DNA of 33,631 nucleotides from Candidatus Eiseniibacteriota bacterium. Lineage in GTDB: Bacteria > ARS69. The DNA is taken from the NCBI GenBank assembly GCA_052390515.1, contig JBQTGV010000103.1:1-33631 (forward strand), read 5' to 3'. The number at the start of each line of letters is the position of its first letter. Positions within the stretch are counted from its first letter, which is position 1. A model generated the notes under the pieces. It was not told where the DNA came from. It did no database searches and worked only from the letters and a program-made list of their open reading frames with translations. Below are positions 28,666-33,631 of the stretch, in pieces. Position numbers and translations under genes: made by a program.

Positions 28666-29771
28666 AGCTGCGGGCGGGCGCGGCGGCGGCGGTCCTGCTC
28701 GTCCTGTCGGCGCGGACAGCTCCCGCGTTGCATCCGCTCGAGGCCACGCTCGACCTCTTCGGCTTCACCCAGGACGACGACGGCGGCCAGCGACTCCGGG
28801 CGGAAGGACTGCGCTACGCTGGCGCCCGCGTGGCCGCGGACTTCGCCCTAGACGGCAACACGGAAATCCAGGCCAGCGTCGCGACCTCGTTTCTCGCGAA
28901 CGAGAGCGCCGCGGACATCCCGGGAGTCGACGCCATCAGCGGCGCCTCGCCGAAGCTCCTCGCGCTGGACGTCTCCGCCGGACTCTCGGCACGTCGGGGC
29001 GAGGTCTGGACCCTGCGCCCGGCCGTCGCCTACCACCATCAGAAGGGCTACGTGTCCGAAGGCGTCGACCTCGCCGTCGACCGCGAGGTCGCGGGCGGCG
29101 ACGCCACGCTCACCGCCGCGCTCAGCGTGCGCTTCGCGTTCCTGGATCTGGAGACGTTCTCCGGCACCGAGGCGGGGACCGAGCTCGCGGGAACGAACGC
29201 GCTCTCCCTCTCCTGGCGGCAGAACGTCTCGCCGACGCTCGTGGCACAGGTCGGCGCGCAGTACGTCCGCCAGGACGGCTACCTCGGCGACTCGTACAAC
29301 TACGTCGTGCAGACGAGCGCGGGTGTCCCGGTGGCGATCACCGACGAGAGCCTCCCCCGCCGGCGGCACCGCGGACAGGTGAACGGCCGCATGCGCTGGT
29401 CGCTCGGCGCGAACGCGGCCGCCGGACTGGATGCGAGCTGGTACGTCGACAGCTGGGAGGTGCGCCACTTCGCGGTCGAGCCGAGCTTCAGCTGCCCGCT
29501 GCCCGCCCTCGGACGCGCCCGAGGCTGGTGGCGCCTGTCGCGCCAGGAGCGGACCGAGCACTTCCGGTCGGAGGGAGAGGCGCTCGGCCGCTACCACACG
29601 CAGGATTCCGACCTGGGGTCCTTCGCCGCGCATTCCGCCGGAGTGGCGCTGACCGTTCCGCACGGCGGCCGCGCCCGGGCGGACGAGCTGGAGATCGCGA
29701 TCTACGGATTCACGCGGGACGACGGGATCGGTGCGCTGGGCGCGAGCGCCGGCCTGCGACGGCGGTGGTGA
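28662..29771 (+). CDS. DUF3570-like outer-membrane beta-barrel with flavinylation motif (369 aa)
   Basis: GTGA overlap, signal peptide, VDAISGAS, GYLGDSYNYV, ESLPRRRHR, YVDSWEV, TQDSDLGSF and a C-terminal Trp. Directly follows the DUF4266-like gene, the usual partner. Confidence 0.78.
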   Translation: MKLRAGAAAAVLLVLSARTAPALHPLEATLDLFGFTQDDDGGQRLRAEGLRYAGARVAADFALDGNTEIQASVATSFLANESAADIPGVDAISGASPKLLALDVSAGLSARRGEVWTLRPAVAYHHQKGYVSEGVDLAVDREVAGGDATLTAALSVRFAFLDLETFSGTEAGTELAGTNALSLSWRQNVSPTLVAQVGAQYVRQDGYLGDSYNYVVQTSAGVPVAITDESLPRRRHRGQVNGRMRWSLGANAAAGLDASWYVDSWEVRHFAVEPSFSCPLPALGRARGWWRLSRQERTEHFRSEGEALGRYHTQDSDLGSFAAHSAGVALTVPHGGRARADELEIAIYGFTRDDGIGALGASAGLRRRW

Positions 29772-29795
29772 CGGCCTCGTTTCGAACGCCTCGCT

Positions 29796-29900
29796 GAGGC
29801 CGGCTACGTGTGCGAAGGCCGCATGAGGCGAAGCGCCATCAAGGACGGCCGGGTGATCGATCAACTCCTCTACGCGTTCGTGCCGCCACCCCCCGGGTGA
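29796..29900 (+). pseudogene. C-terminal remnant of a RimJ/RimL-type GNAT acetyltransferase
   Basis: Translates to EAGYVCEGRMRRSAIKDGRVIDQLLYAFVPPPPG*, matching the RimJ/RimL C-terminal pattern (G[FY]..EG.[LM]R....KDG...D...YA). No upstream GNAT core or start codon. Confidence 0.7.
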
Positions 29901-29909
29901 CCGACGCGG

Positions 29910-31811
29910 CTACCGCAGGAGTACGATCCGCCCCGAGCCCGCGAGCGTGCCGCCCTCGAGCCTCACCCAGTAGACGCCCGCGGGCGCTCGTCTTCCCGAT
30001 CGGTCCATGCCGTCCCAGGTCGCTTCCCCTGCGCCAGCGCGCGGCCGGAGCGTGCGGATCCGCCGGCCGGCGACGTCGTAGATGGAGATTCTCTCGTCCG
30101 GCGCGCCGCCGCTCTCGAAGCGGATCCGCGTGGATCCCAGGAACGGATTCGGCGCCGCGAGGACGGCCGGAGGATCGGCACGGTTCGCCGCGTGCGGCGC
30201 ACCGACCACGCCGGGTCCGAGATGGAAGACGAGGACGCCGCCCGTCAAGTTGTTGTCGAAAGCGACCACGCCCGCGAGGCTGCCGGACGCGTTGAAGCTG
30301 TGCGCCATTCCGTCCTCCCCCGCGGACGCGACCGGAAAACTGGGAGGAAACAGCACCGTGCGGAAGTCACCGGGGCGCACCTCGATCGTCTCGCCGGCGA
30401 GACACACCGAGACGAGCGCGCCGCTGCCGTCCGAGGCCCAGAGGCCCTGTGTGAACAACGTGTCCCCCTGCGTCGCCGTCGTCGCGAACGCGACCTGTCC
30501 GCTCGGCGAGAGGACGAACGCGGGGGCGTCCCCTTGGAACTCGAAACCGGGAAGACCGGGGGCCGGCATGCCCTGGAGCAGGACGAGATCGAAGGATCCC
30601 GGCGGGCCGACCCAGATGCCTCGGCCGGTCACGTCGGTTTCGCCTCCGAACGCGATCTCGCCGGCGCCGTTGAGGAGCGTGTGCTGCAGCTGGATGAGGC
30701 TCGTGAAGACCTCGCCCGGCACGCCGGGCGCCGGATCTCCGTCCCGGGCCACGAGCGAGAGGCTGCCCGGAGTGCCGAACCAGATTCCCTCGTCGTTCGC
30801 CGACGTGATGCCCGGTCCCGTGAGGACGCCGCCAAAGACGACGTCTCCGGCGTCGTTGATCTTCGGTTCGCTCACGAAACCCTGGAACACGACGCCACCC
30901 CCGACCCCGGGTGCCGGGCTCCCGCTCCGCGCCACGAGCGCAACCGATCCGGGCGCACCGAACCACACGCATTGGTCGTTCACGCCCGGAACGACGCCCG
31001 GGCCGCTGACGAAACCGATGAACGCCACCTGCCCGGCGCCGTTGATCCTGGCGTAGCTCAGAAACGGAGTCGCGAGCGACGTGGAGATCACGACTCCCGC
31101 GGGCAGGCCCGGCGCCTGGTCTCCCTGGCGCGCGACCAGCGCAATCGCCCCGGGCAGGCCCGCCCAGAGCCCGTGGTCGTTGAAGAGGGTGATCCCGGCT
31201 CCGGTCAGGGTTCCGAAGAACGCCACCGCTCCCGAGTTCCCCAAGGTGATCGGGTTCTGGATGTTCAGGAGCGCCGACGGAATCCCCGGAGCGGGCTCTC
31301 CGCACAGCCGCGCCAAGCCGAAGGGCGAGCCCGTGAAGATCCCAAACCGGCGCAGCCCGATGTTGTCGGACATGCTCCAGTGCGCGGCCACCGTTCCGCT
31401 CTCGTTCACCAGGGGGCGGTTCGGCGCGCACTCGTACTTCCACGGACCACCCGGAACGCCCTCTGCCCCGAGGGTAGGATCTCCCGCCCGGGCGACCACG
31501 CCGCTCAGGCCGGACGTGGTTCCGGCCAGGATGGCGTGGTCGTTCAGGCCCACCGTGACGGCGGGCCCCTCGAGTTGCGCGGAGATCACCGTGAGCCCGG
31601 CATCATTGAGCTCGACCAGCGCCTGGAATCCGCCCAGCCCCGAGAAGTTCGTGCCGGGGGGCGTCCCGGGGACGGGATCGCCAGTCAGGACCACCGTCGT
31701 GAACGGCGCCGCCGCCCGCGAGACCGGGACTGGCCCGATGAGAGCTGCTGCGATGAGAGCTGCTGCCACGAGCCCGGCGACGTGCCGACTCGATCGGTTT
31801 CCGTTTCGCAC
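29910..31811 (-). CDS. Secreted NxxGxxAF tandem-repeat (choice-of-anchor type) propeller protein with FlgD-Ig/CTD tail (633 aa)
   Basis: AAGGAG RBS and signal peptide. About 7 repeats such as INGAGQVAF...LVAR.G..APG, then a PNPF...YDVAGRRIR...WDG...PAGVYWVRL tail. Confidence 0.85.
   Translation of the reverse strand: MRNGNRSSRHVAGLVAAALIAAALIGPVPVSRAAAPFTTVVLTGDPVPGTPPGTNFSGLGGFQALVELNDAGLTVISAQLEGPAVTVGLNDHAILAGTTSGLSGVVARAGDPTLGAEGVPGGPWKYECAPNRPLVNESGTVAAHWSMSDNIGLRRFGIFTGSPFGLARLCGEPAPGIPSALLNIQNPITLGNSGAVAFFGTLTGAGITLFNDHGLWAGLPGAIALVARQGDQAPGLPAGVVISTSLATPFLSYARINGAGQVAFIGFVSGPGVVPGVNDQCVWFGAPGSVALVARSGSPAPGVGGGVVFQGFVSEPKINDAGDVVFGGVLTGPGITSANDEGIWFGTPGSLSLVARDGDPAPGVPGEVFTSLIQLQHTLLNGAGEIAFGGETDVTGRGIWVGPPGSFDLVLLQGMPAPGLPGFEFQGDAPAFVLSPSGQVAFATTATQGDTLFTQGLWASDGSGALVSVCLAGETIEVRPGDFRTVLFPPSFPVASAGEDGMAHSFNASGSLAGVVAFDNNLTGGVLVFHLGPGVVGAPHAANRADPPAVLAAPNPFLGSTRIRFESGGAPDERISIYDVAGRRIRTLRPRAGAGEATWDGMDRSGRRAPAGVYWVRLEGGTLAGSGRIVLLR
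31736..31766. repeat. Perfect 15-bp tandem repeat (x2) in the signal-peptide coding region
   Basis: CGATGAGAGCTGCTG occurs twice and encodes AAALI-AAALI on the minus strand. Confidence 0.85.
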
Positions 31812-31881
31812 GGTCGTACTCCTTCCGCCGTCGTTGTCGGTAGTGATGGCGAAAGGGGAGACGATCGAAGCGGGGTCGGAA

Positions 31882-33630
31882 TCACAACCGCCCGCGCGAT
31901 CCCCGGAAGAGAATCACGACGAGCGCCACGACGGCGCCGGCGCCGAGGATGAGCCTCCAGGTGCGCCCGGCCGACGGCGGCGCCAGCGGCACTCGCCCGA
32001 GCGGCTCGCCCAGGAGGACGTAGGGCGCCCAGACCCAGGGTGACCCCCGCCCTTCCGCGGCGAGCAGCTCGAGCTTCGCCCCACGCAGGGCGTCCACCTT
32101 CGAGTCGCCGGCGGAGAGGCGCCGGTAGAACGCGGACATCAATCGCGCGGTGCTCCGATCCTCGACGTCGCCCCAGGTCGCGACGACGGAGCGCGCTCCT
32201 GCCACGAAGAAGGCGCGGGCCAGGCTCAGCTCACCTTCGCCCAGAAGCGGGCGGCCGCGCGCGGACTGGCAGGACGCGAGGACCACGAGCTCCGCCTGGA
32301 GCGGGAGGCGGGCGATCTCCCGCGACTGCAGGAAGCCGTCGCCTTTCCCGCCGGGCTCCGTCGCGAGAACGAGGGCGGACCGCTCCGGCGCTTCGTGGCT
32401 GGAGAGCGCGTGCGCGGCGAAGTGCAGCACGCCGAACCGGTCGAGGGGCTGCGCGCCGAGCTGCCCCTCCGTGGCGACGACGACGCCTCGGCCGCGACCC
32501 GCCCGCCGTACGAGCTCGACGGCCTCGCTGCGGGTCGCGGGCAGCTCGCGCAGCTCGAGGCCCTGATCCTCGTAGACCTCCCGCAGCGGGCCCGTCGGGT
32601 GTCGCTCCGGCTCGCTCGCCGCCAGCGCGAGCACCCGGGCGTGCGGCGTCGCGCTCCGCTCTGACAGCTCGGCCAGCACGCTCGCCGAGGAGACGTAGGA
32701 GACGGCGATCTCCTCCACCAGGAAGCACCGCGCGGCGCCCGACGACGTCAGCAGGACGTCCAGGGGGAACGGCGACAGGACGCCGTCGGGAACGACGATC
32801 CAGCGCCGCACGCCCGCTCCCGCCGCTTCGCGGATCGGATCCGCGAGGCTCTCTCCGAGGCGGCGACTCTCCTCCTCCCAGCCGGCCGATCGAGCGGAGA
32901 GCGCGATTCCGAGATTCAGGACGGAGGCGGCAAGCTCCACCGGCGTCGGTGCGAGGAGCAGCGCGCGGAGCCCGTGGCGCGTCACTACGAACGCGTGGAC
33001 GCGTCTCGGCGTGACGGCGAAGGCGACGAGCACCGTCCCGTCATCCAGGAGCGCTTGGACCTCCTCCACCGTCCGTACCCTCGCGAGCGGGGAGTCCCGC
33101 GAGTCGGCGCCGCGCTGCCGCGCCTCCCCGGCGAGGTGATCGGCCTCCAGCTCGAGGACGGCGATCCTCTCCCGGATGTCCCGCAGCCGCGCCGCCGAAG
33201 CGTATCCGGCGCGCTCCTCCGCGCGCAGCGAGTCCGCCTCCGATTCCAGGCGCTGCAGGCGACGCCCCGCGGCCGCATCCGGCTGCATGAGGGCCGGATC
33301 GAGCGCCGCCAGACTCTCCGCGAGCGATCTCGCCTTCGCCCGCTCGAAGATCTCGAACGACCGCCGCGTGGCGTCGCCCTCCTCCCCGCCGGCGTTCTCG
33401 AGCAGGAGCTCGACGGCCTGCCGGTAGATCATCTGCCCCTCCTCGCCCACGGTGAGCCGCTCCCGCGCGTCGGCGAGTCCGAGGCGCCGGGACTCCAGCG
33501 CGTCGATCGCCTCCAGCACGAGCCGGAGCGCCGTGCCCCGATCACCTCGCGCGCGGGCCGCCTCGGCGAGGCGGCCGAGCAGCCAGGGCACGTGGTCCGG
33601 CGCGCCGGCCCGCGCCACGGAAAGAGCTTC
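31882..33630 (-). CDS. 5'-partial CHAT-domain (caspase-like) protein with TPR-like helices and C-terminal TM helix
   Basis: FERAKARSL, IVPDGVL..FP, VLHFAAH (His), LVVLASC (Cys), ARAFFVAGARSVV and WAPYVLLG; C-terminal LILGAGAVVALVVILF. Frame is open to the window edge. Confidence 0.9.
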   Translation of the reverse strand, partial: EALSVARAGAPDHVPWLLGRLAEAARARGDRGTALRLVLEAIDALESRRLGLADARERLTVGEEGQMIYRQAVELLLENAGGEEGDATRRSFEIFERAKARSLAESLAALDPALMQPDAAAGRRLQRLESEADSLRAEERAGYASAARLRDIRERIAVLELEADHLAGEARQRGADSRDSPLARVRTVEEVQALLDDGTVLVAFAVTPRRVHAFVVTRHGLRALLLAPTPVELAASVLNLGIALSARSAGWEEESRRLGESLADPIREAAGAGVRRWIVVPDGVLSPFPLDVLLTSSGAARCFLVEEIAVSYVSSASVLAELSERSATPHARVLALAASEPERHPTGPLREVYEDQGLELRELPATRSEAVELVRRAGRGRGVVVATEGQLGAQPLDRFGVLHFAAHALSSHEAPERSALVLATEPGGKGDGFLQSREIARLPLQAELVVLASCQSARGRPLLGEGELSLARAFFVAGARSVVATWGDVEDRSTARLMSAFYRRLSAGDSKVDALRGAKLELLAAEGRGSPWVWAPYVLLGEPLGRVPLAPPSAGRTWRLILGAGAVVALVVILFRGSRGRL

Positions 33631-33631
33631 C

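Noticed and set aside
29769..29771. Selenocysteine or readthrough at the barrel TGA into the in-frame GNAT fragment
   Set aside because: The barrel ends in the expected aromatic residue, a barrel-GNAT-tail fusion makes no structural sense, and the downstream hairpin is not a recognisable SECIS.

Overview
A gene-dense, high-GC (about 70% by eye) window from a diderm bacterium, with 25 plausible CDSs and no rRNA, tRNA, CRISPR array or transposase. Three proteins carry FlgD-Ig/T9SS-CTD-like C-terminal tails, which suggests an FCB-associated lineage such as Eisenbacteria, Krumholzibacteriota or Latescibacterota (inference). In order: (1) the 3' end of a DapB/diaminopentanoate-dehydrogenase-like gene; (2) a seven-gene minus-strand operon whose six junctions are all 4-nt stop/start overlaps, joining a 4-hydroxybenzoyl-CoA-reductase-like Mo enzyme (HcrCAB) to a degenerate twin-parvulin lipoprotein, a PqqL-like M16 protease, an M43-type metzincin and a lipoprotein; (3) a secreted Cys-repeat/HMA protein; (4) acs, with a tandem duplication of its 3' end; (5) an FHA-GAF-PP2C phosphatase convergent with a membrane Ser/Thr kinase; (6) a TIGR01777 gene; (7) aceB-aceA divergent from a RamB/ScfR regulator; (8) spoVG and a pterin dehydratase; (9) a probably leaderless FG-GAP/ASPIC-UnbV protein; (10) a four-gene run of a MoaD/ThiS-like Ubl, an Asp-box propeller, a DUF4266-like CGC lipoprotein and a DUF3570-like beta-barrel with an ApbE flavinylation motif, followed by a GNAT remnant missing from the ORF track; (11) an NxxGxxAF-repeat secreted protein and a partial CHAT protease. 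The best candidates for an undescribed system are the four-gene run (10), the Hcr-plus-envelope operon (2) and the Cys-repeat HMA protein (3). All family calls come from recognising motifs by eye; no searches were run.
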